Positions 41,987 through 42,435 of a DNA stretch of 42,435 nucleotides are shown here, in pieces (position 1 is the stretch's first letter; every line of letters starts with the position of its first letter). Under the pieces are notes generated by a model, which was not told the DNA's origin, made no database searches, and was given only the letters and a program-made list of their open reading frames with translations. The stretch covers positions 1 to 42,435 of the forward strand of contig JBNAUV010000002.1 of assembly GCA_049700655.1 (NCBI GenBank). Direction: 5' to 3'. This stretch comes from Minisyncoccales bacterium. Lineage in GTDB: Bacteria; Patescibacteriota; Minisyncoccia; Minisyncoccales; RBG-13-42-11. A program made the position numbers and the translations under genes.

Positions 41987-42283
41987 TTAATAATTAATAC
42001 TTTTTACTGGGGCGATTACTTCAATACTCCAGTAATCGCACTGCTCTTTTTGCGCTGGAGTTAGATAAAAATTATCTAACTCCTTTGCCCATTCTTGCCA
42101 CTGATAACACTCCCGCTGTTCTTCTCTTTTTAACCCTTCAACAAATAACCAGTTTATCAAAATGAAAAAAATTACAAAAATTAATATGCCAAAAAAATTC
42201 TTAACCACTGACCAACGCCATTTCTCTTTCTGCCACTTACTCAACCACTTTTTTCTCTCCATCTCGTAAAAATCTCTTTCCAT
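41987..42283 (-). CDS. Hypothetical small membrane protein
   Basis: 98-aa ORF with one TM (FGILIFVIFFILINWLFV) and SD-like ggaggtg upstream. No family is recognised. Confidence 0.5.
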   Translation of the reverse strand: MERDFYEMERKKWLSKWQKEKWRWSVVKNFFGILIFVIFFILINWLFVEGLKREEQRECYQWQEWAKELDNFYLTPAQKEQCDYWSIEVIAPVKSINY

Positions 42284-42435
42284 CTTCCACCTCCCCGTTT
42301 TTTTATTTTATAAGGTCTAATTTAGACATAAAATAAATTTTCAAAAAAGTCAAGGTTTTGCCTAGGATACTAACATTTTGGAAAATCAAGGTTATTGATT
42401 AAGTATTGGAGGAGTTTTTACGGAGACCCGATCTC

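Overview
This is an AT-rich, gene-dense bacterial fragment. Almost every gene is on the minus strand; only rpmE and prfA are on plus. It uses the standard genetic code. I read it as a Candidate Phyla Radiation (Patescibacteria/Parcubacteria-like) genome. The evidence is a 16S rRNA gene with an AT-rich insertion and a mismatched 515F site, many 'four-helix-bundle / 23S-IVS protein' genes, cohesin-domain proteins, a type IV pilin and a small fermentative core metabolism.

Layout:
- 1-9.7 kb is an accessory surface-protein region. It holds two membrane-anchored cohesin proteins, a dockerin protein, an Ig-like anchored protein, and a small secreted protein whose fold recurs at the C-terminus of a roughly 800-aa GC-rich surface protein. 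Four-helix-bundle (4HB) cassettes are interspersed, and the region ends with a RAYT/IS200-like Y1 transposase flanked by REP-like hairpins.
- 9.7-11.9 kb holds a stand-alone 16S rRNA unit plus tRNA-Thr.
- 11.9-42.4 kb is housekeeping: tsf, rpsB, rpmE, prfA, rplY, glycolysis/PEP synthase/acs, a thiol-redox cluster, thiI, mnmA, iscU-nifS, gpmA, eno, a [NiFe]-hydrogenase pair followed by a TrxR-like flavoprotein, nnrD and ftsZ.

Most notable observations:
1. A cohesin/dockerin plus shared-module surface locus.
2. Filled, empty and rRNA-embedded copies of one A/T-rich inverted-repeat scaffold that carries the 4HB ORFs.
3. An identical REP-like 21-mer both upstream of and in frame inside the RAYT gene, and a separate GC-rich double hairpin in frame inside mnmA.
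4. A 16S 3' tail without CCUCC, together with TATAAT boxes 6-7 nt upstream of several start codons.
5. A two-subunit [NiFe] hydrogenase with no diaphorase genes in the window, coupled to a TrxR-like gene that lacks the NADPH HRRxxxR motif.
6. A roughly 212-nt GC-rich structured intergenic RNA candidate.

All calls come from reading the sequence and ORF translations by eye. No database search was run.
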